In this document: one piece after another, positions 1 through 11,558 of the stretch | Layout: each line of letters begins with the position of its first letter | Position numbering within the stretch: the stretch's first letter is position 1 | DNA from: an uncultured Helicobacter sp. | GTDB taxonomy: Bacteria > Campylobacterota > Campylobacteria > Campylobacterales > Helicobacteraceae | Assembly (NCBI GenBank): GCA_944325475.1 | Contig: CALVAF010000144.1 | Location: 1-34,896 of the forward strand | Length of the DNA stretch: 34,896 nt | Reading direction: 5' to 3' | Translations under genes and position numbers: made by a program | The notes under the pieces: generated by a model | Database searches by the model: none | What the model was told of the DNA's origin: nothing | The model's input: only the letters and a program-made list of their open reading frames with translations

Positions 1-662
1 ACCCTCTTTGAGCTTGGAATCTTAGGCGAAATATTCCCCTCACTCTATGCACTCACCACACTAAAAGAAGGTAATCTCCACCACCTAGAAGCCTCTGTTT
101 TCGTACACACAATGGAAGTTTTAAAGCTTTTAGAAAAGGATTCTTTACTCCTTAAACTAACCGCCCTCTATCATGATATTGCAAAACCCTATGCTTATAG
201 AAATTTTGGAAACTCAAGCAAGCATGATGACCCAAAAATCGTGGAATCATTCCTTGATATACAAATCCCAAAAGCCCTTAAGAAAAAAATGCTACTTCTC
301 ATTAGCAATCACATCAAAATCGCTCACCTCTTTTCAATGCGTCCTTCTAAGATTCTTGATTTTTTCCACAGCTTCAAAGGAGATAAAGCCTTATTTATCG
401 ACCAAATCAAACTTTTTAAAGCCGACCAAAAGGTCGCATTAGCCAACATAAACCCCCAATTCTTGATAGTCAAAAACTCCTCAATCTTTTCACTCAAATC
501 CAAGCCTACTCCCCAAAAAAATGGATAAGCTCCCAAACCCCAAAACCAAGTGGGAATCAAATCAAAGACCATATCCAAAAAAACAAAATTAATCTTATCT
601 TAAACTTCCTACACTCTAACGATACGCAATCTCCCCATGCAAAGACTGATCTAGCCCATTAA
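1..662 (+). CDS. cca: 3' part of HD-domain CCA-adding enzyme (tRNA nucleotidyltransferase); 5'-truncated by window; apparent 1-nt frameshift at ~428-431
   Basis: Frame 1 is open from base 1: LGILGEIFPSL...HHLEASVFVHTMEVL...LYHDIAKP...HD, typical of HD-containing CCA enzymes. It stops at 528, but adding one A at 428-431 gives ADQKGR (ADxxGR motif) and continues to TAA 660-662. Confidence 0.75.
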
Positions 663-1893
663 TCTCTTGAGATTCTTCTACTCTAAGTGGGCTAAAGTGA
701 GAAATCACCTTTAAAATCACAAAGCTCCCCACCAAAGACAACACAAAGCACGCCACAATCGCCACAATCTGCACACCTAGCAAACTCCAATCACCACTAT
801 AAAACAGCCCCTCGCTTGCAGCTTCTTTAGCAATGATTCCATTCACTGAACTTGTCGCAAAAAGCCCTGTGGCAATGCCGCCCCATATCCCCCCAATCCC
901 ATGCAACCCAAAAGCATCTAGAGTATCATCATAACCCATTTTAGCTTTCAAATAACTAATTGCAAAAAAACAAATGGGCGAAGCAACAAATCCGATAAAA
1001 ACCGCCACAAAAGGCGTAACAAACCCCGCTGAAGGCGTAATTGCCACAAGCCCCGCTACAATTCCCGTGAGACTTCCTAGCAAAGTTGGCTTACCATATT
1101 TGACCCACTCTACTAACATCCATGATAGCATTGCCCCAACCACAGCAAAATTCGTTACCAAAAAAGCATTCACCGCTACAGAATTCACACTCAAGGCACT
1201 TCCAGTATTAAACCCAAGCCACCCCATCCAAAGAAAAATTGCCCCAATAAAAGAAAGCGGTAGATTATGTGGCATAATCCCTTTAGCATATTTCCGCTTC
1301 CCAAGCATCATGCAGCCTACAAGCCCAGCCACTCCAGCAGCAATATGCACTACCCCTCCCCCAGCAAAGTCCAAAGAACCAATCTTCATAAGCCAACCAC
1401 CACCCCAAACCCAATGCACCAAAACATCATAAACCAAAGTACTCCAGCATAAAATAAAAATCAAAAGCACCCCAAATCGCATTCTCTCCGTTAAAGAACC
1501 TGTAATAATCGCCGCACCAATCACCGCAAAAAGCATTTGAAAAAACATAAAAAGATTCTCACTCACCCCACCTACGCTCTGCCCTTCAATCCCCACTAAA
1601 AAAATATGATTCAAATTCCCAACAACAAGCCCAATATCATCGCCAAAAGCCAGCGTATAGCCCAAAATAATCCACTGCAAAGCCACCAAGGCATAAAGCA
1701 CAAGCGTGTTAATTGTCGTGCTTAGGACATTATTGCGATTCACCATTCCTGCATAAAACATTCCAAGAGCCGGCGTCATTAGTAAAGCAAGCCCACTACA
1801 CGCAATCAAAAACAAAATATCCACAGATACTGCCACATTCTCTGCACCAAAAGCAAAAACCACCAAAAACAAAAACAACACTAACTTTTTCAT
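616..1893 (-). CDS. amtB: Ammonium transporter AmtB
   Basis: FQMLFA, HWVWGGGWL, DFAGGGVVH, GWLGFN, DDTLDAFGLHG motifs; likely start ATG 1893 or GTG just upstream. Confidence 0.97.
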   Translation of the reverse strand: MKKLVLFLFLVVFAFGAENVAVSVDILFLIACSGLALLMTPALGMFYAGMVNRNNVLSTTINTLVLYALVALQWIILGYTLAFGDDIGLVVGNLNHIFLVGIEGQSVGGVSENLFMFFQMLFAVIGAAIITGSLTERMRFGVLLIFILCWSTLVYDVLVHWVWGGGWLMKIGSLDFAGGGVVHIAAGVAGLVGCMMLGKRKYAKGIMPHNLPLSFIGAIFLWMGWLGFNTGSALSVNSVAVNAFLVTNFAVVGAMLSWMLVEWVKYGKPTLLGSLTGIVAGLVAITPSAGFVTPFVAVFIGFVASPICFFAISYLKAKMGYDDTLDAFGLHGIGGIWGGIATGLFATSSVNGIIAKEAASEGLFYSGDWSLLGVQIVAIVACFVLSLVGSFVILKVISHFSPLRVEESQEINGLDQSLHGEIAYR

Positions 1894-1903
1894 CACCACC
1901 CCT

Positions 1904-2251
1904 TTAAATTGCATCAATTCCCTCTTGATTGGTGCGGATTCTAATCACATTTGCCACTGGCGAAATGATAATCTTACCATCACCAACATTTCCAGTATTA
2001 AGGCAATCTTTGGTGACTTGTATGATTTCATTAACCGCACTTTCTTTGCTTAGAATCTCCACACGAATCTTTGGCAGCAAATCAATTTGCATTTCATTCC
2101 CTCGATACACCTCTGTTTTACCCTTTTGATTTCCAGCACCCATAACATTACTCACGGTCATGCCTTTGATTCCTTTTTGTGAGAGTGAATCTTTTAAAAT
2201 ATTTAATTTTTCAGAACGTGTTATAATTTCAACCTTATAAATTTTTTCCAT
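1904..2251 (-). CDS. glnK: P-II family nitrogen regulator (GlnK/GlnB)
   Basis: GMTVSNVMGAGNQKG, EVYRG T-loop, TGNVGDGKI; RBS AGGAG; directly upstream of amtB. Confidence 0.93.
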   Translation of the reverse strand: MEKIYKVEIITRSEKLNILKDSLSQKGIKGMTVSNVMGAGNQKGKTEVYRGNEMQIDLLPKIRVEILSKESAVNEIIQVTKDCLNTGNVGDGKIIISPVANVIRIRTNQEGIDAI

Positions 2252-2359
2252 ACACCTCTCCTTAATTAAAAATTACCATGGCGAATTATACAAACTTAAA
2301 TCTTAACTTAATTTTAATAACTAAATTAAATATTTAAGTAAATAATTATAAAAATTTTT

Positions 2360-2368
2360 TGCTACAAT
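2360..2368 (+). promoter_or_regulatory. Extended -10 promoter (TGCTACAAT) for selU-prfB
   Basis: TGnTAnAAT ~30 nt upstream of the start, AT-rich upstream region. Confidence 0.55.
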
Positions 2369-2398
2369 ACTTTGTTCATTTTATTAAGGAATCATTAC

Positions 2399-3406
2399 GT
2401 GGAAAAAGACATTAAAATCCAAGATTTTTTAAACCAAAATCTTCCCTTCATCATCGACACCCGTTCCCCCAGAGAATACGCTCATTCTCATATCCCAAAA
2501 GCAGTGAATTTTCCAGTTTTGCAAGATAATGAGTTTGAAGAAGTTGGCACACTTTATAAAAAGGATTCTTTTGGAGCAAAGATTCTTGGAGCAAGTCTCA
2601 TCTCTCAAAACATCTCCTGCCACCTCTTGGAACTAAAAAATCTTATCACACCTGCCACACCCTTTCGAATCTATTGCGCTAGAGGTGGTATGCGAAGCCA
2701 TTCTTTTGCGATTATTTTGCGGCACATTGGCTATCGCATTTCAGTATTAGATGGTGGCTACAAAGCCTATCGTAAAGCCATAACCCAAAGCCTAGAGCAA
2801 GCCCCACCACACAGATTCATCACTCTAATTGGACCCACAGGAAGCGGCAAAAGCGAAATCATCAAGTCTTTTAATGATTCTTTAGATATTGAGAAAATAG
2901 CAAGGCATCTTGGCTCTAGCTTTGGTGGGATTTGCGGGAATCAGCCTAGCTTTAAGATGTTTCAAAATCTCATTTTTGAGCGTTTAAGGGAATTACAAAA
3001 TGCCCCTTTTGTGCTAGTTGAAGGAGAAAGCAAAAAGATGGGGAATCTCATTTTACCCACTCCACTTTATCAAGCTTACCAAAATGCCCCAAAGATTCTT
3101 ATCCTCTCTTCCTTAGAGCAAAGAATTCAAAGAATCATAGCACAATATGGTAAAATTTCAAATCATTTTTTCAAAACCTCGATGCAAAAAATCGCACCCT
3201 TTATGAAAAAGCAATTTTGGCAGGAGGCAAATGACGCCTTTTTTTCCCGAAATTTGCAAAAGGTTACAGAAATTTTGCTAGTCGAATATTATGATAAAGT
3301 CTATAAAAAAGAATCTTTTAACCATATCGTGCATTACCAAAGCACCGCCCAAGCCCTCGCAGAAATCGAGGCTTTTGCAAAAGAATTTTATAAAATAAAG
3401 GAATAA
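2399..3406 (+). CDS. selU: tRNA 2-selenouridine(34) synthase MnmH/SelU
   Basis: Rhodanese domain ([25 protein letters not shown]) plus P-loop [13 protein letters not shown]; GTG 2399 with AAGGA RBS. Confidence 0.92.
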   Translation: MEKDIKIQDFLNQNLPFIIDTRSPREYAHSHIPKAVNFPVLQDNEFEEVGTLYKKDSFGAKILGASLISQNISCHLLELKNLITPATPFRIYCARGGMRSHSFAIILRHIGYRISVLDGGYKAYRKAITQSLEQAPPHRFITLIGPTGSGKSEIIKSFNDSLDIEKIARHLGSSFGGICGNQPSFKMFQNLIFERLRELQNAPFVLVEGESKKMGNLILPTPLYQAYQNAPKILILSSLEQRIQRIIAQYGKISNHFFKTSMQKIAPFMKKQFWQEANDAFFSRNLQKVTEILLVEYYDKVYKKESFNHIVHYQSTAQALAEIEAFAKEFYKIKE

Positions 3407-3408
3407 TT

Positions 3409-4500
3409 TTGGATAATTATGAATATGGCGAATTGCTTAAAGAACTTGAAATCAAACGGCAGAATATCGAAAAAATTATGCAACCAAGTCAGCTAGAATC
3501 AAGAATTAAAGAGATTGAATCACTAGAACAACAAAAGGAATTTTGGGAAGATTCCAAAAAAGCTGGAGAATACCAAAAAGAAAAAAAGCGTTGCTTAAGG
3601 CAGCTAGAAAAATACCAAGAAGCAAGCCTAGCTTTGAGCGATGCAAAAGAGCTTTTTGAACTATCAAGTGATGATGAAGCGACGCTAGAAGAGCTTTTTG
3701 GCGAAGCCACTTCGCTAAAAGAACAGATTAAAAAAGCAGAAATTGAAGTTATGTTAAATGGGGAGCTTGATTCAAACAACGCAATTTTTACTATCACGCC
3801 GGGAGCTGGTGGAACAGAATCACAAGATTGGGCAAGCATGCTTTATCGCATGTATTTGCGATGGGCAGAGAGGCGTGGGTTTAAAGTTGAGCTTTTAGAT
3901 TATCAAGAGGGTGATGAGGCAGGAATCAAGGATGCAAGCTTTATCATCAAAGGAGAAAATACTTATGGCTATGCAAAGGTTGAGAATGGGATTCACAGGC
4001 TTGTTAGAATCTCGCCTTTTGATTCTAATGCCAAACGCCACACAAGCTTTGCTTCCGTACAAGTAACGCCAGAGATTGATGATAATATCGCTATTGAAAT
4101 TGAAGAGAAAGATTTACGCATCGACACTTATCGCGCAAGTGGTGCAGGCGGACAGCATATCAACAAAACTGAATCAGCTATTCGAATCACGCACCTTCCC
4201 ACAGGAATTGTCGTGCAGTGTCAAAATGACAGAAGCCAACACAAAAACAAAGCCACCGCTCTAAAAATGCTAAAATCCAAACTCTATGAGCTCGAAGTTC
4301 AAAAGCGCAATGAACAAATTGCCAATGACGACAAAAGCGAGATTGGTTGGGGACATCAAATCCGCTCATATGTCCTAGCCCCCTACCAACAAGTCAAAGA
4401 TTTACGCTCCAACATCGCTTATAGCAACGTTGAAGGAATTTTAGATGGGGATATTGATATGATTTTAGAGGGTGTACTTATCTGTATTAATTCCAAATAA
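3409..4500 (+). CDS. prfB: Peptide chain release factor 2
   Basis: SPF recognition motif, [18 protein letters not shown]; continuous ORF. Confidence 0.98.
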   Translation: MDNYEYGELLKELEIKRQNIEKIMQPSQLESRIKEIESLEQQKEFWEDSKKAGEYQKEKKRCLRQLEKYQEASLALSDAKELFELSSDDEATLEELFGEATSLKEQIKKAEIEVMLNGELDSNNAIFTITPGAGGTESQDWASMLYRMYLRWAERRGFKVELLDYQEGDEAGIKDASFIIKGENTYGYAKVENGIHRLVRISPFDSNAKRHTSFASVQVTPEIDDNIAIEIEEKDLRIDTYRASGAGGQHINKTESAIRITHLPTGIVVQCQNDRSQHKNKATALKMLKSKLYELEVQKRNEQIANDDKSEIGWGHQIRSYVLAPYQQVKDLRSNIAYSNVEGILDGDIDMILEGVLICINSK

Positions 4501-4510
4501 GCACACCCTC
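4468..4510. terminator. Inverted repeat overlapping the prfB stop, between convergent prfB and fldA
   Basis: GAGGGTGTACTTA (4468-4480) and TAAGCACACCCTC (4498-4510), 12/13 complementary. Confidence 0.45.
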
Positions 4511-4549
4511 CAAAAAGAGAAAAGTTTTTGCTTTTAAACACACTTTTCT

Positions 4550-5059
4550 TTAAGCAAACTGCCCAGCAATAGCCTCACACCATTTTTCTATTCTTGTATC
4601 TGTTAGGTCCTCTTGATTGTCTTCATCTAGGATTAATCCCACAAATTCCCCATTGATAACTGCTTTTGATTCTTCATACTCATAGCCCTCTGTGCTAGTT
4701 TTGCCAATCACTTTTGCACTTTTAGCCTGATTATAAATCTCAGCAATCCCATCACAAAAAGTATCACTATAAGTATCTTGATCGCCAAGCCCAACAAGAG
4801 CAATGACTTTCCCTTCAAAATCCGCCGGGCTTAAAGTCCCCAAAAAATCTTCCCAATCTCCTTGAATATCGCCACTCCCATAAGTTGGGGTTGCAAGAAT
4901 TAGATTTTTAAAAGCTTTCAAATCTTCTTTGGAAGCCTTTGCAACATCAAAATTTTCCACTTCCTTAGCATTTTTTTCTTGCAAAGTTTGCGCAATCTTT
5001 TCTGCGATTCTTTGGGTATTTCCACTATCGCTTCCATAAAATAATCCGATTTTTTCCAT
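4550..5059 (-). CDS. fldA: Long-chain flavodoxin
   Basis: [23 protein letters not shown] motifs; ATG 5059 with GGAG RBS. Confidence 0.96.
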   Translation of the reverse strand: MEKIGLFYGSDSGNTQRIAEKIAQTLQEKNAKEVENFDVAKASKEDLKAFKNLILATPTYGSGDIQGDWEDFLGTLSPADFEGKVIALVGLGDQDTYSDTFCDGIAEIYNQAKSAKVIGKTSTEGYEYEESKAVINGEFVGLILDEDNQEDLTDTRIEKWCEAIAGQFA

Positions 5060-5256
5060 AATTTTCTCCAAAATTTTGATTTTCAAAATGCAGAGTTTAA
5101 AACAAATATTCTTAAAAAATAATTATAATAATACTTATTATTAATAAAAAATGAAATTTTTCCCAAATCCCTCAAAAAACCCCTTGTAACTTCTTGTCAC
5201 TTTGGTATATAATTCAAAAACTTTATTTTTAAGGAAATCCCATAGATATTTTATTT

Positions 5257-6972
5257 GTGATTGTTTGCGCTTTTGCGATGGCAGTGGTCTCTGGCATTAT
5301 TTTAAACAAACTCAAAATTCCAACGATTATTGGCTACATTGTAACGGGGGTTTTGACGGCTTATATTTTTAATTTTAGAGTAGAAGATTCCACTGATTTA
5401 AGCGAAATTGCTGAAATGGGAATCGTCTTTTTGATGTTTATGATTGGGCTTGATTTTAGCTTCAAAAAAATGTCTTCAATCAAACAGGAAGTTTTTTTGT
5501 TTGGCGGCTTTCAAATTGGGCTTTCCATTCTCTTTTTCTTTTTTATCTGCTATTCTCTTTTTGGGTTTAATTTCGACACCTCCATCATCATAGCAAGTGC
5601 GATTAGCCTCTCATCTACCGCGATTGTCTTAAAGCATCTCAATGAAATTAATCAAACCAAAACTTCCTATGGAATCGCTTCTGTTGGGATTCTCATTTTC
5701 CAAGATTTAGCAGTGATTCCTATTCTTTTAATGATTAAGCTTTTAAGTAGCAAAAACTTACCCTTAAGCGATCTCTTAGTAACCACTGGAATCTCGGCTT
5801 TTATCGTTGTGATTTTACTCTTATTACCGGGACGATTCTTAGCTAAAATCATTCTACGCTCATCGGCTAAAATGAAAACCGATGAAATTTTCGTAGGGAC
5901 CGTGTTCTTAATTGTTTTGGGTTCGGCGTTTTTAAGCCAATCCTTTGGGTTTTCAATGACACTTGGTGCGTTTTTATCAGGCATGATTATCTCAAGCACC
6001 CCTTATAAATACCAAGTGGCTTCTGTACTAGTGTATTTCCGCGACCTTTTACTTGGAGTTTTCTTTATTACCATAGGAATGCAAGTGAATATTGTCTTTT
6101 TAGTTAAATATTTTGCCATTATCATCGCCCTTGTTTTCCTCACACTTTTAGCCAAAACCCTCATTATATTTCTTTTCCTAAGCCTCTTTAGAGGGACAAA
6201 AATCGCAATGAAAGTCGCCCTCTCCCTCTCACAAATTGGAGAATTTTCTTTTGCAATTTTCTTGCTTGCAAGCCAACATCAAATTCTAAACTTACAGCTA
6301 GATGGCGGGATTTTGAAGCATATTTTTGGAGCAGGATCTTTTGCCACAATCACTCCAACAGAAATCCACCAATTCCTTACACTTATGGTCATTTTCTCGA
6401 TGATTACCACACCTTTTATCCTTGATAATCTCGACAAATGCGCCGCTTTTACCCTAAAGCTTATTAGGATTCCACAAAAGCTCTCCCCCAAGCACACCCA
6501 AGAGCAGCAAGAGGAAGAAAACCCTAAAAAACGCATTCTCATCTGCGGTTATGGGCTTGTGGGGCAAAAGATTTTTGATTTTTTAAAAGACTATGATGTC
6601 GAGGTTTTTGGAATTGACTCTAATTATGAAAGGGTTGAAAAAGGCATTATAAAGGGTGATAGAATCATCTATGGCAATATTACAAATAAGATGATTTTCA
6701 AAGAAGTGGAGATACAAAAAATTACGGCGGTGATTTTGTGCCTTGAATCACCTGTGAAAATTCAAAAAGCCTGTAGGCATATTTTAGCCCTCTCTAAATA
6801 CACTAAAATCATCGTCCAAACTCGCGATAGTATCCTTGAATCAGAGCTTAAATCTATGGGGCTTTATGGCGTTATCAATGTCACAAGAGAGATTGCTGCA
6901 ACCCTCTCTAACCTCAACCTTGAAGCCATTAAAGAAGAAGAGAGGCAAGAAGATACAACAAAAGAAGAATAA
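5257..6972 (+). CDS. kefB: CPA2 cation:proton antiporter with C-terminal KTN/RCK domain (KefB/KefC-like)
   Basis: LSSTAIVLK, ILIFQDLA, LSQIGEFSF, ICGYGLVG; true start may be ATA 5242. Confidence 0.85.
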   Translation: MIVCAFAMAVVSGIILNKLKIPTIIGYIVTGVLTAYIFNFRVEDSTDLSEIAEMGIVFLMFMIGLDFSFKKMSSIKQEVFLFGGFQIGLSILFFFFICYSLFGFNFDTSIIIASAISLSSTAIVLKHLNEINQTKTSYGIASVGILIFQDLAVIPILLMIKLLSSKNLPLSDLLVTTGISAFIVVILLLLPGRFLAKIILRSSAKMKTDEIFVGTVFLIVLGSAFLSQSFGFSMTLGAFLSGMIISSTPYKYQVASVLVYFRDLLLGVFFITIGMQVNIVFLVKYFAIIIALVFLTLLAKTLIIFLFLSLFRGTKIAMKVALSLSQIGEFSFAIFLLASQHQILNLQLDGGILKHIFGAGSFATITPTEIHQFLTLMVIFSMITTPFILDNLDKCAAFTLKLIRIPQKLSPKHTQEQQEEENPKKRILICGYGLVGQKIFDFLKDYDVEVFGIDSNYERVEKGIIKGDRIIYGNITNKMIFKEVEIQKITAVILCLESPVKIQKACRHILALSKYTKIIVQTRDSILESELKSMGLYGVINVTREIAATLSNLNLEAIKEEERQEDTTKEE

Positions 6973-7445
6973 AGCTGATTTTGCAATTTCTCACATACCT
7001 TTGCAAGATAGCCCATAAGCATAACAAAAAAACCATAACCTTCAATTACTCTTGATTCTATCTCTAGTGTCATTACAAGACTTCATTAAGAGTCATGATA
7101 ATCCATATTAGAATCACAAAAAAAGCAATAAGGCAGTTACAAAATCAAAGGTGAGTGCTTTGATTCTTGATTCTATTTCTATACAATTATTACTTTCTTG
7201 TTGCACCTCACATCAACAAAGCACAAGTGCAAATGAGTTCTATGCACCGCTTTGCCATTTTATTCCTTGCAATGATGCAGTGGAAACCCTCTGCATTTCT
7301 ATTACTCCTTCATTACAAAGCTTGGCTAAAAGTCATAACAATCCAAGTTTTGAATTCTATTAGATTCTATGCCTGCATTTATCTCTGCCACTTTATAACT
7401 ATGCATTGCTTTAAACAAAACTCTTTTAATACCTTACCTTTTCCC

Positions 7446-8207
7446 CTAAAAATCAAAAATACTTAAAAATCGCTTTGCTCTCTGGTTTTTAGGGCTTGAG
7501 AAAAACTCCTGTGGTGTTGCAATTTCAGCAATTTTACCACTATCAAAAAACACGATTTTATCTGCGACATTTTGGGCAAACTTCATCTCATGAGTTACAA
7601 GAATCATCGTCATTCCCTGCATAGCAAGTTCCTTGATCACTTCTAAAACCTCCTTTACCATTTCGGGGTCCAAAGATGCCGTCACCTCATCAAAAAGCAT
7701 CATCTCAGGATTCATACACAATGCCCTTACAATCGCTACTCGCTGCTTCTGCCCTCCGCTTAATTCCTTAGGATAAGAATCCCTTTTGTGCAATAGCCCT
7801 ACCCTCTCTAAAAGCTTGAGTGCTTGAGTACTCGCCTCCTTCTTCTTGTGTTTTTGCACCTTTAGTGGTGCTAAGAGAATATTATCTAGCACACTTAGAT
7901 GTGGAAAAAGCTCATAACTTTGAAACACCATTCCGATTTTTTGACGAATCTTGCTCCAATTAATCTTTGCCTTATTTGCCGCGCTAATCACCTCTCCACC
8001 AAAGGTAATGGTGCCCCCATTAATACTTTCTAAACCATTAATACAACGTAAGAAAGTGCTTTTGCCACATCCACTAGGTCCCAAAATCGCACAAACCTCA
8101 CCTCTTTTGACCTCCAAAGATATGGAATCTAACACCACAGAATCCCCAAAATTCTTCACCAAATCCGACACACTCAACAACACTTCATTACTCATATCAT
8201 TTAACAT
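7446..8207 (-). CDS. Polar amino-acid ABC transporter ATP-binding protein (GlnQ-like)
   Basis: GPSGCGKST, LSGGQKQR, LFDEVTASLDPE, VTHEM; ATG 8207 has an AAGGA RBS (ORF open to 8240). Confidence 0.95.
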   Translation of the reverse strand: MLNDMSNEVLLSVSDLVKNFGDSVVLDSISLEVKRGEVCAILGPSGCGKSTFLRCINGLESINGGTITFGGEVISAANKAKINWSKIRQKIGMVFQSYELFPHLSVLDNILLAPLKVQKHKKKEASTQALKLLERVGLLHKRDSYPKELSGGQKQRVAIVRALCMNPEMMLFDEVTASLDPEMVKEVLEVIKELAMQGMTMILVTHEMKFAQNVADKIVFFDSGKIAEIATPQEFFSSPKNQRAKRFLSIFDF

Positions 8208-8232
8208 TTTTTCCTTAAAAATATCAACTCTT

Positions 8233-8886
8233 TTATGCAAGTCTTTTTTCCAGATTCTGCGCTACAAGCGACAGAGGATAACAAAGCAAAAAATAAAGCA
8301 CAAAGATTCCGCCATAGACCCAAAAACTCGCCTGTGGGTAGCTGATAAGATTAACTTCAATAATTTGCTGCCCGACCTTTAACATATCGCTAACTCCAAT
8401 AAGTGCAGCTAATGAAGTCGTCTTTATCATACGCGTAAAAAGATTGACTAGCGGGGGCAAAAGCCGCCTAAAACTTTGGGGTAAGATAATAAAAATTTGA
8501 ATCTGAATCTCACTTAAACCCAAAGCCCTTCCACTTTCACTTTGATGCCGTGGCAAACTCGAAATCGCTCCCCGCACCAAATCGCCCATTTCTGCAATCC
8601 CCCACAAACTGAAAACAAGAATACACGCCCAGATTCCATTGAGATTTAAAAACGAAGAAAGCCCAAAATACACGATAAAAAGCCACGCTAGAATCGGGAT
8701 AATACGAATAGCTTCCAAATAAAAGCGGCACACAAAGCCCAAAAATCGACTTGATAAAGTCATCAAATACCCAAGCGCAAACCCAAAAATACACGAGAAA
8801 AAAATCGCAATAAAGGCGATTTGAAAAGTTACCAAAACACCCTGCAATAAACGTAAAATGTTTTGGGAATCAAAAAGGATTTCCAT
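8233..8886 (-). CDS. Polar amino-acid ABC transporter permease (HisM/GlnP family)
   Basis: RIIPIL, EAA-like QSESGRALGLS, IKTTSL. Confidence 0.93.
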   Translation of the reverse strand: MEILFDSQNILRLLQGVLVTFQIAFIAIFFSCIFGFALGYLMTLSSRFLGFVCRFYLEAIRIIPILAWLFIVYFGLSSFLNLNGIWACILVFSLWGIAEMGDLVRGAISSLPRHQSESGRALGLSEIQIQIFIILPQSFRRLLPPLVNLFTRMIKTTSLAALIGVSDMLKVGQQIIEVNLISYPQASFWVYGGIFVLYFLLCYPLSLVAQNLEKRLA

Positions 8887-9548
8887 TACGCCATTTTCCT
8901 TTTATAATGTTTTTCTAAAGCCAAAAACAAAAATGAAAGAGGCAAAAGCACCACAAGATAGCATAAAACAAGCAGCAAAAGTGTTTCATTGGTCTTATAA
9001 TAGCTACCAATTAAATCTTTAGTGACATACAAAACATCAGCTAAAGCAATCGCGCTCACTACTGAGGTTTCTTTAAGTAAAAATATCACATTTGCCCCCA
9101 CATAAGGTAGGCTCACTACCAAGCTTTGAGGCAACACCACAAAAAGCACAAGTTGCCTTTCACTTAATCCCAAACTTCTGCCTGATTCTAGCTGAATCTT
9201 CCCTACTGATTCTAGCCCAGCACGGAAGGACTCTGCCATATAGCTTCCGCCTAAGAAAACCACCCCAATTAACGCACAAGTGTAACTCTCAAACTGCAAT
9301 CCAATTTGTGGAAACCCATAATACAAGAAAAAAAGCTGGATAAGTAAAGGTGTGTTACGCGAAAGCTCGATATAAACTTGACACAAAGCGCTTAAAATCC
9401 TCACTTGATAAAACTGCACCAAAGCAATGCAAAAGCCAAGTAAAAGAGAAAACAAAATCCCAAAAAATGACAAATGCAAAGTTAGCCACAAGGCTTGTAT
9501 AAAAATGGGAATGGCATTTTTTATAAAATCAAAATCCAAATAAAACAA
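8886..9548 (-). CDS. Polar amino-acid ABC transporter permease (HisQ/GlnP family)
   Basis: RNTPLLIQLF, YMAESFRAG, LLKETSV. Confidence 0.93.
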   Translation of the reverse strand: MFYLDFDFIKNAIPIFIQALWLTLHLSFFGILFSLLLGFCIALVQFYQVRILSALCQVYIELSRNTPLLIQLFFLYYGFPQIGLQFESYTCALIGVVFLGGSYMAESFRAGLESVGKIQLESGRSLGLSERQLVLFVVLPQSLVVSLPYVGANVIFLLKETSVVSAIALADVLYVTKDLIGSYYKTNETLLLLVLCYLVVLLPLSFLFLALEKHYKRKMA

Positions 9549-9698
9549 TCAATAAAATCCTTAAAAAAATCATCAATAAAAGCTATTTATCCATATAGTT
9601 TTGGACGAATTATACAAAAAATACCATTAATTTTGCGTATTTTTAAGTCTCTTTTGATAGAATTTCACTTCCAAATTACCTTAAATTTAGGGGGCATT

Positions 9699-10130
9699 AT
9701 GACTTATTATTATGTCAAGGTTTTTCATATTATTGCCTTTGTGAGTTGGATGGCAATGCTTTTTTATTTACCGCGTTTGTTTGTGTATCATGCTGAACAT
9801 AGAGAAAATAAGGGTTTTTGTGAGGTTGTTAAGATTCAAGAATCAAAGCTTTGTAACTTCATTGGGCATCCTGCGATGATCTGCACTCTACTTTCTGGAA
9901 TCTGGCTTTTAGCCTTAGATCCAAGCTTACTTAAAGGCAGTGGTTGGCTCCATGCAAAAATTTCACTTGTTGTTATTTTAATCGCTTATCACTTCAGTCT
10001 TTATCGCTTTATGATTGGTTTTAGAGAAGATAAATGTCAAAAAAGCGGAAAATTCTTCCGTATCTATAATGAAGTGCCAACCCTTATTTTAATTCTCATT
10101 GCCTTTCTTGTTATTATCAAGCCCTTTTAA
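9699..10130 (+). CDS. hemJ: Protoporphyrinogen IX oxidase HemJ
   Basis: KVFHII..VSWMAMLFYLPRLFVYH, WLHAK, FRIYNEVP, KPF; ATG 9699. Confidence 0.95.
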   Translation: MTYYYVKVFHIIAFVSWMAMLFYLPRLFVYHAEHRENKGFCEVVKIQESKLCNFIGHPAMICTLLSGIWLLALDPSLLKGSGWLHAKISLVVILIAYHFSLYRFMIGFREDKCQKSGKFFRIYNEVPTLILILIAFLVIIKPF

Positions 10131-10145
10131 AAAGGTTATAAAACA

Positions 10146-11558
10146 ATGAAAAATGGCAAATTATGGGGTGGGCGATTCAAAGAAAATACAGCTGAAATTT
10201 TAGATCTGTTTAATGCCTCGCTGCCTTTTGACAAAAAACTTTACAAACAAGATATTTTGGGCTCCCAAACACACGCAAAAATGCTAAGTCATTGTGGGAT
10301 TTTAACCCAAGAAGAATCATCGCAAATCTGCCAAGGGTTAGAACAAATAAAAACCGAGATTGAAGCAGGGGATTTTGTCTTTAACCTAAGCGATGAGGAC
10401 ATTCATATGGCAATAGAAAAAAGACTAATAGAAATCCTCGGTGAAGTGGGCAAAAAACTCCACACTGCACGCAGTAGAAACGACCAAGTTGCCCTTGACT
10501 TTCGGCTTTTTGTACTCGATTCAAATCAGCAAATCCGTACCTTACTTTTAGAACTGATTGAAACTTTGCTTGAGATTGCGGATTCTCACACCACAACCCT
10601 ACTTCCGGGAATGACACACCTCCAACACGCACAGCCTGTGAATTTTGGGTTTTTAATATGTGCGTATGCGTGTATGTTTGTGCGAGATTTTGAGCGACTT
10701 AGCGATAGCTTTAAACGCAACAATTACTGCCCTCTAGGCAGTGCCGCACTAGCTGGGACACCTTATAAAACCGACCGATTCTACACCGCAAAAACACTTG
10801 GATTCACCGCCCCTACCCTAAATGCCGCTGATAGTGTGAGTGATAGGGATTTTGCCTTAGACTTTCTTTATGACTTAAGCCTTATTGCGATGCACATTTC
10901 ACGAATGGCAGAAGAGCTTGTTTTATGGAGTAGCTATGAGTTTCGATTCATCACACTTAGTGATTCTTATTCTACGGGAAGCTCAATAATGCCTCAAAAG
11001 AAAAATCCTGATGTCCCAGAGCTACTTAGAGGTAAAAGCGGACGTGTGTATGGGAATCTTTTTGGCCTACTTACGATTATGAAAGGCTTACCGCTTGCGT
11101 ATAATAAGGACATGCAAGAGGATAAAGAGGGTGTTTTTGATAGCTTTGAGACTTTGGATATTTCTCTAAAAATCCTTAACGACCTGCTAAAAACCATGCA
11201 AATTAACAAAAAAGCCATGAAAGAAGCGTGCCAAAAGGGGCATTTAACTGCCACAGATTTAGCCGATTTTCTCGTGCAAAACTGCAATATACCCTTTAGA
11301 GAAGCCCACCACATCACTGGCAAAGCCGTCACTTATGCTGAAAGTCTTAATAAAGACTTAAGCCAACTTAGCATTCAAGAGCTTTGCAACATAGATTCTA
11401 GAATCCCCAAAGAAGCTCACAACGCCCTAGATTTGGAAGTTTCAATGAATAGTCGTGATTCTTATGGTGGCACTTCCACACAAGCCACAAAAACTCAAAT
11501 CCAAAGTCTGCAGGCATGGCTGCAAATCGCTAAAAATGAGGAATGTGATGGAAGATAA
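10146..11558 (+). CDS. argH: Argininosuccinate lyase
   Basis: [33 protein letters not shown]. Confidence 0.98.
   Translation: MKNGKLWGGRFKENTAEILDLFNASLPFDKKLYKQDILGSQTHAKMLSHCGILTQEESSQICQGLEQIKTEIEAGDFVFNLSDEDIHMAIEKRLIEILGEVGKKLHTARSRNDQVALDFRLFVLDSNQQIRTLLLELIETLLEIADSHTTTLLPGMTHLQHAQPVNFGFLICAYACMFVRDFERLSDSFKRNNYCPLGSAALAGTPYKTDRFYTAKTLGFTAPTLNAADSVSDRDFALDFLYDLSLIAMHISRMAEELVLWSSYEFRFITLSDSYSTGSSIMPQKKNPDVPELLRGKSGRVYGNLFGLLTIMKGLPLAYNKDMQEDKEGVFDSFETLDISLKILNDLLKTMQINKKAMKEACQKGHLTATDLADFLVQNCNIPFREAHHITGKAVTYAESLNKDLSQLSIQELCNIDSRIPKEAHNALDLEVSMNSRDSYGGTSTQATKTQIQSLQAWLQIAKNEECDGR

Noticed and set aside
974-1432. Long antisense ORFs (also 5667-5999, 19156-19719 and others)
   Set aside because: Shadows opposite well-supported genes, without motifs
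3409-3500. Programmed +1 frameshift in prfB
   Set aside because: The ORF is continuous with no CTT-TGA site; absence is expected in this lineage
6975-7445. Possible methyltransferase relic on the minus strand (NRIQNLDCYDF/LAKLCNE) and short plus-strand ORFs
   Set aside because: Similarity covers ~20 aa with no DPPY or SAM motif; too weak to call
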